64,000 nucleotides of DNA. Origin: Lophium mytilinum (taxonomy: Eukaryota). The stretch is from assembly GCA_010093605.1 (NCBI GenBank), contig MU004181.1:992001-1056000 (forward strand), written 5' to 3'. Below the pieces are notes generated by a model. The model worked only from the letters and a program-made list of their open reading frames with translations. It ran no database searches and was not told where the DNA came from. Positions 51,418 through 62,782 of this stretch are shown piece by piece. Within the stretch, counting starts at the first letter, position 1. Each line of letters opens with the position of its first letter. Position numbers and translations under genes: made by a program.

Positions 51418-51648
51418 ATGACTACCTCTACCGAACAATCCAGCGAGAAGCCAGCTGTCGTAAAGGCTCAGCCCTGGAAGGCCGTCTGGCCTGCTCCTCG
51501 CGAGTCGCAGCCTCAAGCCCAGATCTTCGGCTTCAAGAAGGGAGAAGTCATGGTCTTCGACGGCAACGCAGGCAACTTCTTCGTGAGGGACGGCTGGGCT
51601 TTGGAACAAGAGAGTGGGAAGGCTTCAAACCCAACTCCCGAAGCTTGA
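51418..51648 (+). CDS. Hypothetical 76-aa protein with a 5'-UTR intron
   Basis: CACCATG context, coding-like codon usage, and a canonical upstream intron at 51345-51404 (GTAAGT..GCTAAC..TAG). Confidence 0.55.
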   Translation: MTTSTEQSSEKPAVVKAQPWKAVWPAPRESQPQAQIFGFKKGEVMVFDGNAGNFFVRDGWALEQESGKASNPTPEA

Positions 51649-51984
51649 GGACAGCATGGGCGACTGGCGACTCCTGTAGTTGCGCTGGAGCTTCGACAAC
51701 GGACATAAATGATACGAGCTTGGGCGTGATGCCCAATTGAACAGGAGTATGGCAATTCATATAGGAGTGAGGTGTTGGTGGCAGTCTGATTAAGCTCGGT
51801 CTAGCGTACCAGAATGATGGCAGCTAGCAAACATCCAATTTCCCTTGACCCACTTTCGCCACCTATATTTGAATCTGGCACTTCGTTGTGACATGATTGG
51901 TTGGAATTGCAGTAATATATAGGTATATCTGTACCGACTAACACCTGAGAGCACGCACTCATTCCTGCCTCGAGTTATGCATGC

Positions 51985-52945
51985 CTATTCACCATCAAAT
52001 CCCCCATAATACACTAATGCGCGAACCTCGATGCTTTCACGGGGAGCAGCATCTTTGTCCGCTAGTGGGTTCGGAAACGCCGTATGCGGCACCGACTTGA
52101 CATCTGCTGTGGTATCCGATTGCAAGAATACCCACGCCTCGGACGGCTGCTGGCCTGAAAGGTAGACCCATTCGTGCCGAGGAGAATAGTACAATTGGCG
52201 GTTTTCCACCACGTAGTCTGGATAAACGAGGTCGCAGGGCTCCAGGTCTGTTTCAGGCTTGATCGAACGTGGATCACACATGGCCAGAGGCCAGTCTTTC
52301 ACTGGGCCCTTCAGTGGTTTCCATACATTGACACACTGCACTCGATCTTTCAAGACTTCGTCGGCGTTGTCCCTGTTGAGTTTCTGGACCATGTCTCGTG
52401 CCCATTCAGGCGTAGTATCTAACCAAGTCAGTTAGAGACTCAGCATTCGTCGCGAGAAGTGCTTACCGACATGAGCCATTGAGGTCGGCTGATTGTACCT
52501 ATACGGCTTGCCAGTTGAAATAGGGAACTCGTCATGCCTCTTCCTGACCTGATTTAGTTAGTCTCGATAGCCTCAAATCGATGGTACTTCATACAGTATG
52601 TTCGAAAATCTGCACATGTACTGCTCCTAAGAAAGCGCAAAGACTGTCCGCAACTTCTCGTAGATAGACGTTGATAAGCTTCTCTTCATCGTCGTAGTCA
52701 TCGTAACTCATTTTACTCTCAAGGCTCATGATTGTGAATCCATTTTTCTCGAAAGAGAGATCTTTCAACCGAGGACGAATATCGCGAATCGTAACATCAT
52801 GCTTCTCGAGGACGATGTTCGATCGCGGAAAGTCATTTGGCGGTGTGAAGCGCAGTGAGTAGGGCTTCTCATCGTGATAGAGGTCATTTCTCTTCAAGAA
52901 GTAGATCGAAGTCTGGGGATCAGTTTCTGGAACTGCTCCAGGCAT
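51985..52945 (-). CDS. AsaB/CmcJ/NvfI-family putative Fe(II)/2-oxoglutarate oxygenase
   Basis: EKPY, IRDIR...SFEKNGF, FEHTV|RKR, AHV|DTT (HxD), NVWKPLKGPVKDWPLAMCD, VPHTAF and RESIEVR. Confidence 0.85.
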
Positions 52946-53210
52946 CTTGGTTCTGTTCGAACGTTCTATGTTGCATAACGAAGGAGAGATGGGAGGATGA
53001 GGCTCGGGCGCTGCAGATGGCCGAGTCCAGTGATCAGCCTTGCAGCGCAATCAGCGCAAGCTTCGCGCTAAGCTGCAAGTGGTGTAACCTTTTGTATTTT
53101 ATCGAGCGGCACAATCAACAATACGACTTGTCAATATGAAAGGTACGTTTCTCCACTCAATACATCATTTTACAAGCTAATTGTGTTTTGCTTTTTGAAG
53201 GCCTTGGCCC

Positions 53211-54362
53211 TCAGTAAGTAGCCTCCAATCTCCTGACCAGATATTCTCCACTGTTCACCCCCTCATATTTCTTGCTTACAGACTCATACGTTCCCGGGAT
53301 CGCGTCAATAAGTTTGTCAAAGTTTGGATTGCAAAAGTACGCCACCGAATAACGTGCCGGGTGAGTATCTCCAACTTCTTGGCCTTTCTTCAGAGGAGGC
53401 TCTACTACCCGATGCTTGGTGCTCTTGATAGTGTCATTCGACCATCTTGCGAGCAAGTCCCCGGCATTGACGACGATCGTGCCTGGAATAGGGGTTGCAT
53501 CCACGAAGGTGTTGTTGGGTGAGAGGACTTGGAGACCTCCTCGATCGTCCTGGAAGAGTAGCGTCAAGGAACCTATCGAGTCAGCGAACTCCTTTAGAAC
53601 TTTCCATGCCCTAAATACTCACCATAATCCGTGTGTTCGCCTGCTCTAACCTGCTGTAGACCGTCATCTCTCTTGAAGACATCCCTCTTCACTGCTGGGT
53701 AGTGCAGTAGTCTCAGGGTATTGTCGCCTTGGTCCGTGAAACTGTCGAACCACGCGGAATCAATGCCCAAACCAAGGGCTATTGCCCTCATAACTTCGAC
53801 GTGCAAGTCCTTGCAAAGCCCGTGGAACTGCAGCATCAACTTCTTGAATGCCTTTCCCTCATCGTCAAACTTATCCGGCCACATGTTAGGGCATCCCTCT
53901 TCGCCTTCCCTGCCAATCTCCAGGCTCTCCTTCAAGTCTGGTACGGCCGCACGTAGGGCCTCGACATCTCCTTTATCGGCCAGTTGTGTAACTTTCTCGC
54001 GGCCGTGGGCAGCATAACCGCGATTGGCTTTCGCGCTATACCACGCAAGCTCGTCCTTTTGCTTCTGGGCGCGCTCAAAGAACCTGGCCGAGGAAGAGAA
54101 GACATTGGAGACTTCTGTTGCGGGTAGGCCGTGATTTTTGAGGTAAATGAATCCAGCCTGCTGGAAGCCCTTCAGAAGAGCGTCCGCAGTTGTCTTCTTT
54201 TCGGATGAAGTGCCATTGAGGAATAGGGAGAAGTCAATGAGCTATATGGAGGCAACGATCAGCACCTTCAAAAGTAACAAATAAGACATATGTAACTCGG
54301 TTACTTACAGGTATGGAAAGGTTGTCTTTCTCGACTGCACTGTCTACTGCTACTGGAGCCAT
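53211..54362 (-). CDS. Thymine 7-hydroxylase (thymine dioxygenase; IPNS-like 2OG-Fe(II) oxygenase)
   Basis: IP|LIDFS, AGFIYLKNHG, NRGY, DLKESLEIG, RAGEHTDYG (HxD), STKHRV and RYSVAYF. Divergent from IDCase, as in the known fungal thymine-salvage gene pair. Confidence 0.85.
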
Positions 54363-54589
54363 GGTCTATACAAAGAGGCGAAGAGGCGTTGCGGGGTGGT
54401 GGCGGGGTAAGTCTGCAGATTGGGAAATATACTTTCAATTAGCTCTGACCAGCGAGCGCCAGTAGTCGTATGATATTCAGGTGAGGCATTAATGTATCGT
54501 AGGGCGCCGACCTCCGCAGCTTCTCGACCGTGAACCCTTGGGTTCTCTGGGCAAGGCGGGGCAGGAATGACCCCAAGAGGAAGTTGACC

Positions 54590-54604
54590 GATAAAGGAGA
54601 TAAG
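54590..54604 (+). promoter_or_regulatory. Tandem GATA (AreA/Nit2-type) sites in the T7H/IDCase divergent promoter
   Basis: GATAAA at 54590 and GATAAG at 54599. Short motifs, function inferred. Confidence 0.35.
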
Positions 54605-54776
54605 CGAGTGAAAGGTGGGGCAATTGAGCTTTTCGTAAACAGTGTGACAGCATCACTACTCCAGGACCCTCGGGTATTCACAAAACTTCAGCCATTGCGC
54701 CTAAAGTACACCTCAAACTTCGTCGGGAAACAGCCATACACTCATTAGGTTGCTGTCGCAGAGACAATACCTGATC

Positions 54777-55925
54777 ATGGTCGTCGTCGACGTGCACACT
54801 CATGTGTACCCTCCCACTTATGTGGAGCTCCTCCGCAATCGCTCCTCCGTCCCTTACATCCGCACCTTTCCAGAGACGGGAGATGTTGCTCGAATGGTCA
54901 TTCTGCCTGGAGAAGATGACCCCAATACCCCATCAACCGCTCGAGGCCGGCCAGTAGGCTCCGAGTACTGGGACATCGCACAGAAGATTGCTTTCATGGA
55001 CACTCATAAGATTGACGTATCCGTTATATCGCTGGCCAACCCTTGGCTAGACTTTCTACCGTCAAATGAGGCGGGAGATGTAGCGCAGAAGATCAACGAC
55101 GATGTCAACGATCAATGCTCGAAATACCCGGGTCGGTTATACGCGTTCGGGACCTTACCTCTTTCCGCGCCAATAGACGTGATCGTGAAAGAGATTGAAA
55201 GATTATCAAAGATGAAGTACATGCGAGGGATCATAATTGGGACTTCGGGACTAGGCCAGGGACTGGATGATCTCAAACTTGACCCCATTTACGCCGCTCT
55301 GGAAAAGCATAGCTCACTCATCTTTCTACACCCGCATTATGGACTCCCACAATCGGTATATGGACCTCGTGCCAATGAATACGGACATGTGTTACCACTG
55401 GCGATGGGGTTTCCGTTAGAAACAACAATCGCAGTGACGAGAATGCTGTTAAGTGGAGTATGGGACCGTTTTCAGAACTTGGAAGTACTCATTGCCCACT
55501 CTGGTGGCACACTCCCCTTTTTGGCTGGACGGATAGAGAGTTGTGTCAGTCACGATGCACATATGAAGAAGGAGGGCAAGTTGGAAGGGAGGAGGCCCAT
55601 CTGGGACATCTTCAAGAAGAATATCTACCTGGATGCTGTCATTTACTCTGAAGTGGGATTGAAAGCTGCCGTTGAAGCCTCCGGTGCCGATCGCCTGCTT
55701 TTCGGTAAGCCCTTAATCAGTTCGGTCTTTTTCTTGAATTCAGATCGCTGATATATTATAGGAACCGATCATCCATTCTTTCCACCTCTCGAAGAAGAGG
55801 CAACGAAATGGGAGAGCGTCAGTACCAATTACTCGGCTATAGAAGCAGCCTTCCCGCAAGACGATAAGGCGGCGAAGGATGTGTTGGGCGGCAACGCCGT
55901 AAGAATCCTGCGGCTCGAGCAATAG
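54777..55925 (+). CDS. Iso-orotate (uracil-5-carboxylate) decarboxylase, amidohydrolase superfamily
   Basis: DVHTH (HxH), SVISLANPWLDF, FLHPHYGLP, GHVLPLAMGFPLETTIA, AHSGGTLPFL and FG|TDHPFF. Confidence 0.9.
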
Positions 55926-56529
55926 ATCATTTACATATTTGTGGCTTTCACATGTTCGAGATTCACGTGCATATTCTCGAGTTGTCTCGAGAAGAGTTTC
56001 AAAGATAATATCTTGCATGGCGCGGCGTTATATATTTAGACACTCCGTATTGATGTAGCCTAGTAGCCCGACTTAGCATTTCGAAATCAGCCTCAAGCTA
56101 TTTATCCCCCTTCATTGTCACAAAGAATTATACTTACTATCCGTCTAATTCATAGTTTTCAGAACTTCACATATTGTACGGAATTCCCATCGCAAAGGGC
56201 ACCTCAAAAATCTAGAGGGATCTATGCAAATTGATGCTTCTCGATTCTCCAACTTACAATCCGGGAAACTTTACATGTTAATCAGTTAATTCAAGATGCA
56301 CTGAAGCAACTTCAAAAGTGGTACTGTCTATTGATGGTTGATGGTTGGTTATGATTGGTCAGACTTTATTCTACGGTGAGCGCATTGATCCAGCCGCGCA
56401 ATTAAATCCATGTCTGGAACGGCGTATCTGGCTTATTAACTTAGCAGGCACCTCCATTGCATACTCAGAACTTTCCTTCTGTTCCGCCCTCTTTCTAACT
56501 TTCCTTCACCACACTCGTTATGTGACAGG

Positions 56530-57645
56530 ATGTCATTCCGGAGACGGTGTACTCCTAGGTTCGCAGTGACTTTGCTGCTATTATGGCTCCTTTTAGCCCT
56601 CCTCATCCACCTCAAGAGAGAGCTCTGGGATGCTCTGGGACCGGGCGACGCGTTTAACGACGCGGACTTAGAACTCGACGACATTGCAGGCGGCAAGACG
56701 GCAGCTGTAGGGCCAGAATCTCGACGAACGGCCGTGGTCGTGGCCAGCCAGAAATCGGAGAACTCTACCTGGCTCTCTAGCTACTTTCCTGAATGGGAGA
56801 AGAACATATACGCGGTAGACGACCCTTCTGCCCCATTGACAGTCCCGAAAAACAAGGGCCGGGAGTCCATGGTATACTTGACGTAGGTCAACTCGTTGTC
56901 ATCCCTATGCACTCGCTGACTGGAACCTAGGTACATCATTGAAAAATATGATGATCTTCCTGACAATGTCCTCTTTATCCACCCGAACCGATACCAATGG
57001 CATAACGATGATCCTGACTATGATGGCCTGCCCATGCTTCGACATTTCCAGATACCATACCTCGAGCAGGAAGGCTACGTGAACATTCGTTGCGCGTGGT
57101 CGTTAGGATGTCCAGAGGAGATCAAACCTCTAGGTCAAGAGGGGGAGCATCGAGCTGCGGTGCATGCTGGCGGTGACTACAAGCAAGCATTCGAGGTTCT
57201 GTTTCCAGAGAAAGAAGTCCCAAAAATCGTGGGCGTGTCCTGCTGCGCCCAGTTTGCGGTTACAAAAGAAAAGATACGAGAAAGGCCTAAGAGCGACTAT
57301 GAGCGCTATCGTGAGTGGCTTCTAGAGACGCCGCTTGTGGATTCAATTAGCGGACGGATCTTCGAATATTCGTGGCACAGTGAGTCTAGATTACGTCTTT
57401 TTCACAATATCCAATCACTCCAAGTCAGCTGCTAACTCCGCACAGTGGTATTTGGCAAAGATGCAGTGCACTGCCCCTCCCCTAAAGAATGCTACTGCAA
57501 GGTTTTTGGGGCATGTGATTTGGAATGCGAGAAGTCTTCCTGCACTGGACGCTACATCCTTCCTCCATTTTCGAGTCTTCCAGTGGGCTGGCCTTCGATT
57601 GGCTGGGAAGGAGAGTCTCGAAACAGGAGTGCCCCGGAAACATAA
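56530..57645 (+). CDS. DUF3431-family type II membrane protein
   Basis: N-terminal TM helix, PKNKGRESMVYLT|YII, YQWHNDD, CCAQFAV and SGRIFEYSWH. Confidence 0.88.
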
Positions 57646-59043
57646 CGCATACCCGCACGCTACCTTCCTTCTTCAAGATATCTACGCGCCGTCCAAGCAC
57701 CGGACATGGCAAGCCGTATCGCCCTCGGGACGGAGATGATGTACAGAGTATGCAGTCACCCCACTGATCTGGGGGTATCCGCGAACACGTCACTATATCA
57801 CGGCCGATTTTCGGCACGGCGTAGCACGAAGATAGAAGGTCTGTGTTACGCGAGCTATTGGATTCTCAAGGTTGCCCGACACCAATGCCTCAGCGCAAGC
57901 CGTTCGCAGGAACGAGAACCTTTGCACAAGGCAACCCAATATTTAAAAGGCTGTTCGCAGACACATGAAAGAGGAGAAAGAAAGTGAGGCAGCCATTCAC
58001 AGACAGCGAGGACATAGACTCTGTGAGGCAAAGCGGGGGGGTCGATATGCACGCTGCAAAGACTGCAGAAAGCATGCAAGCTCAGAGGAGCCGCACGCAA
58101 AACGGGGCGTAAGTGCGTGGGACCAGGAACTGCAGGCATTGAGCCTATCAAATTAGTGTCTTCCCACTTCTGTACAACACTGCAAGGTCGATCGATGCAG
58201 ATAGGATGAATGCCCTGCTGTTGTGTGATATGTGGTCTGCCATCTGGCAGAAATCATCAGGCTGAGACGTTTGGTCCCCCCTCACCCCCGCAAAGATGCG
58301 TGGTACTGCAAGGCTGAGCACAACGGAGGTCTTGTCCTAGGATTGTGTTCAATATGATTGGTCAGACCGACAATCAGCCGGTACGACGCCCGTTTAGTGC
58401 GCGAGTTGCTGATTGGCGGCGTTTCCGATTTTGAGCCTCATTATCGACCAGGCCATGCAGACATTTCCCATAGACTTCTCAAGAACGCCCGGGACGGCTG
58501 TGTACAATCTTGTGCACATACATTCCCGTGGTCATGTGGTTTCACCATGAGGCTCCGCCAGGTACGTACCTCCGGCCTTTCCGGTTTCGCCATGTCGCCC
58601 GGCGTGTCCAGCTGCCCTTGCTGCGCCCTTCGTAACTTAATGTCCGCATCAGGCTGATCTTAGATGATGAAACTGACTCGCCCGAGCGTGTCTCGCACGT
58701 CAAGTGCAACAATGCGGCTCTTCAAACAGCAGAGCCGCATTGGAGCCAATTCAAAAGGACCATCTTCGAGGCACCCCCCAAAACCTGCACAAGGCCGAAA
58801 GTAGGACTTGGACTAAATTTCCGGTGAACGTCTCCCTCTGTACCACATACCCAAGCCTTGTAATTTTCTCTGCTTACTTCTCTTCCGCCTTTGTTTGCTC
58901 GCTGCATTGTGGTAATATACAAATGGGCATGCTCTCACCGCCACGCCACCGTTCCCATATCGGCATAGCCTCCTCACCATCTCTTAATTTAAACCTCCCT
59001 TGTTTCTCTCTCGATCTCTTTACCAGACATCTAGGCAAAGTTC

Positions 59044-61047
59044 ATGCCTCGCACCCTCGATAGGTTGCCCTTCGATGTGCTGTTTTGTATTGCTTCTTCT
59101 CTTACCTTTGACGATATCGTCAGCTTAAGTCTGACATGTCGCCAACTGAGGCTCTTACTGAACGAGGGTACACTATGTCGGCGAACTATCGAAGTAAGTA
59201 ATCTGAGTAATCTGACCCTGCAGCGTGTTGCCATATTACGCCGTAAGCTTACATCCACTCAGACCCATGTTTCCTACAGCAAAGAAGCAAAACTTGCTCA
59301 AGAAAAGAAGATTACATATCGAGACGCTGTTCAGCGCATCTATGAACGGCGTGAAGCCTTTGCAAAAGCATCTCCTTCTTCAGCCTCTATTCTAGGCCAT
59401 GGGTCTGCCTTCCTTTATAAGCAAGGCATTCTTTGTTACATTTCTGGAAGTTCTATCCGAGTCGTGGACATCCATGCATCATCAAGTGCTCCAAGGACAA
59501 TTGAGCTGTCTCCCATCATCAGCAGTGTAGTTTCTGCTGGGCTTGCTGATGGCAAAATTTCTCTACTCAGCTACAGTGATGAGATCTTGGCCTTGCACTA
59601 CGAGCGGAAGGCGAAGTCTGTCGACAACTGGCTGTTAGCTATCAGCACCAAGGCCGACACACCAGACGCCGAGAGACTTGTGACCAAGATTGAGCTCGAA
59701 TCAAGCAGCAAGCTCTTTGCCCGTAATAACGCCTCATTCCTGTATTACGGCACACACTCAGGCGTTGGAACACATGGGCATCACGAGTGGAGAATTGATG
59801 GAGTTTCCTTGGATGCGGAGCACGCCATCCCAGCAGGCACCCCGCCGTTGCAGTTGGAAAACTTCGTGGGGTCTGACATGGGCTCGACGGTAGCGTTCGA
59901 AATCCACGATAATTACTTTTACGCACTATCGAACCAGACATCCTTCGACGTGGAGGAAGTTGATTGGACATCATTCTATCACTGTGTGCGCTTCCCCCTC
60001 GAACGAACGTCGAGCAACGCCCCGGAAACCAACGACCGGATATATCGCCGGCAGCATGCAGAGGGCCCTATCAACGACTCCTGGACTGACATGAGCATGC
60101 AAGCGGACGAATCCACCAACGCACTCACGATCGTTGAGTCTCGTCGAGAATGGAAAGACGGAGGCAGCCAGCAAACCCGGACTTTCTATACCCAAGAAAT
60201 CACGTTCCCACCATCCTCAACACCATGTTCCCAGACCTCATCGCCCGCCGTCGGACCATCCGCCGGCCCAGCACTCCCACCCGACGACCCCTTCGTAGCC
60301 TTGCTCGCCAGCGATAACAACGCCCACTGGGCGCCCACCCAGCGTCGCTACGAGCGCTTTACCCACCCCGAATACGGGCCTGACCTCAACGACCCCGCGC
60401 GCGCCTTCATCCTCGCTCGCACCAAGCTGCGCGCCTACAACCTATCCTGCCGCTCCTTCATCGACTTCGTCGAAGACGACAAATGCTGCAGCGGCAAGCC
60501 CATCTATGCTGCGCCCTGCCTCCGCCTGCGGATCGGCTCGCGGCGTCTCGGGCCTGCGCTTCCCGACGACTACGAGCAGCCGCAGCCGCAGCCTGCTGTC
60601 TCGAGCAAGGGCAAGGAACCGCTGAGATACGAGGTCCCCCCGCTACTACCCTCCTCGAAATCCGCCCCCGAAGACTGCTTCGACTACGCGCCGATAACGA
60701 TGTGGCCGCCGCCCGCGAACGCCTGCCCCTGTGCTGCGAGGCTGCATGGGATTCTCAACCCGCCGCTGCCTGCGGGGTCTGCGTACGGCAAGACGCTCGT
60801 GGGGGTGGTGGATGAGCGTAGTCTGGTGTATATGCTGCGGCCGGCGCGGTCGTATGGGGATGATGATGCGGGCGGGCCGATTGTGCTGATCAGCTTTGAT
60901 CGCGCGATTGGGAGGGTGCGGACGGGGGAGGAGGGTGCGAACGATGGGGTGGATAGTGTGATGGGGGACGGAGGGAGTGAGATCCAGATACGGAGTCGAT
61001 GGGTTGCTGGGAGGGCGGAGGCTTGTAGGGATGGGACGTGTTGCTGA
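59044..61047 (+). CDS. F-box domain protein
   Basis: LDRLPFDVLFCIASSL...LSLTCRQL F-box at the N-terminus. Probable in-frame 69-nt intron at 59194-59262. Confidence 0.85.
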   Translation: MPRTLDRLPFDVLFCIASSLTFDDIVSLSLTCRQLRLLLNEGTLCRRTIEVSNLSNLTLQRVAILRRKLTSTQTHVSYSKEAKLAQEKKITYRDAVQRIYERREAFAKASPSSASILGHGSAFLYKQGILCYISGSSIRVVDIHASSSAPRTIELSPIISSVVSAGLADGKISLLSYSDEILALHYERKAKSVDNWLLAISTKADTPDAERLVTKIELESSSKLFARNNASFLYYGTHSGVGTHGHHEWRIDGVSLDAEHAIPAGTPPLQLENFVGSDMGSTVAFEIHDNYFYALSNQTSFDVEEVDWTSFYHCVRFPLERTSSNAPETNDRIYRRQHAEGPINDSWTDMSMQADESTNALTIVESRREWKDGGSQQTRTFYTQEITFPPSSTPCSQTSSPAVGPSAGPALPPDDPFVALLASDNNAHWAPTQRRYERFTHPEYGPDLNDPARAFILARTKLRAYNLSCRSFIDFVEDDKCCSGKPIYAAPCLRLRIGSRRLGPALPDDYEQPQPQPAVSSKGKEPLRYEVPPLLPSSKSAPEDCFDYAPITMWPPPANACPCAARLHGILNPPLPAGSAYGKTLVGVVDERSLVYMLRPARSYGDDDAGGPIVLISFDRAIGRVRTGEEGANDGVDSVMGDGGSEIQIRSRWVAGRAEACRDGTCC

Positions 61048-62782
61048 TGGTTATGTAGCTTACGTCTTGCGAGGAATGAAAGATTATTTTATATCACATT
61101 TGTGATTGGGTGACTGCATGTGCAACCCATCTGTTATTACTTCAAACTCGGGACCAGTTTGACTCAGAAGGCTCTCGCCTCAAGGATTCCAGATCTTTCA
61201 TGTGTACACGGGCTCGGATATTACCAAACCCTCGAGTTTCATTTGCAGGGCGACAGAAGAATACTGAGACAGTCACGTATCGGTGAGGGCCATCACATAA
61301 GCTGGAAAGAACTGCCAATGCGTACCACACAGCACACATGAGACGAAAACGCACCGCGAATTAAGTCCTTATCACCACACAGCAAAACTAGTGTAGGGAA
61401 CGACATCTTGCAGGAAGGCATCAAAACACCATACCAGCGCCGCGCCAACAAGAGCCCTGGAATCTTCTAAGACGACAGGTCTCGATCGCCCATTGACCCT
61501 CCTCAAGCAACTCAATCCTTCGTCTTCTTCACTCGACGATGCCTTTTTTGTCCTTTCCCTCTTCGTATCGTACGTAATGTTGGCCACATGTTACTAGATT
61601 TTGGGGATCATGTAGCTGCGATCGTTGTATTGGGACGTCAAAACTTTACGGAGGTGATCATGGGGGCCGGGCTTCGTATAAGGGTAGGCCGGGAATTGGT
61701 ATGCATGGTATAGCGTGCCTACGATTGCTGGGAACGATGTGGGGTGTAATGGGTATGACGGGTGATGCCGCAGCGAGCAGAGTCGACAAAAGAGGCGCGG
61801 TAAGAGGAAGATGGGTGATAGTGTCAAAGAACGGGGAGCGAGGATTGAAACGTCCTTGTCTAGATCAACTGCAGTGTCCAAATTCCCGGCACTAGCATTC
61901 ATTCCAATCTGCTCCGATACCCAGATAGATAAGCTCTCTCCCAAAAACTGGGCTACATACAAGGCCCCACAGATCACAGCCTTTAGATACCATATGCCAC
62001 CATGCAAAATATCCCATTCCGTTCTGGACCAGAAAAAAAGGCCTCCCCACAGGGGGGTCCTATATGTCTTTGTAGAGTACCAAAGTGAGAGAAGGGAAAC
62101 AGTATCAAAGAAACGACCGGAAAAACAACATGGTTTAGATGCATATGTGAATTCGAAACGATGAGCGAAAATGTGAAGAGTAAGTTGAAAAGGGAAAATG
62201 GGGGGTATGCCACACGATACGCCGAAGTTTGGGAACCGTTTTTGTAGTAATGAGGAGAAGTGAGGCGAACAAAGGAGCAACGAGGACGAGAAGAACTCAT
62301 CCCCATCAGTGAAAGATGCCCGAATTTAGCACTAGGAGATTCATTAAGACGACCCCACACGAATGTGAAAGCCATGACACAGGAGACACAAGATTCCACA
62401 GCACGACTAAGAAGACAAGCTCTGGGGAAAGAGGTGCCGGCCTACAGTATGAGAGAGAAAATTACAGAAACCGCCACAATAGTGAGAAAGGATTTCCGAG
62501 CTTGAAGTAAGTATCCCTAACAAAGACCCTTGAGACTTCTTTCCCCACACCTTGAATAAAACAATCCGACCCGAGAAACATTTTGGGGACATAAAAGCAA
62601 GCAAGACAGGCATAGGCAGTCAACAGGAAAGACCGCGCCCCAGGGACAGACAGTTTAATCGGGAGAAACACCTAACCGGTACTGGAGGATAAGTATCCAA
62701 GGGTACCCACGTAAACAGCCAAGCACATGGAGAAGATAGATACTCTGGATGCAGCTAATGAATCGAAGGAAAAGCGGTGCGC

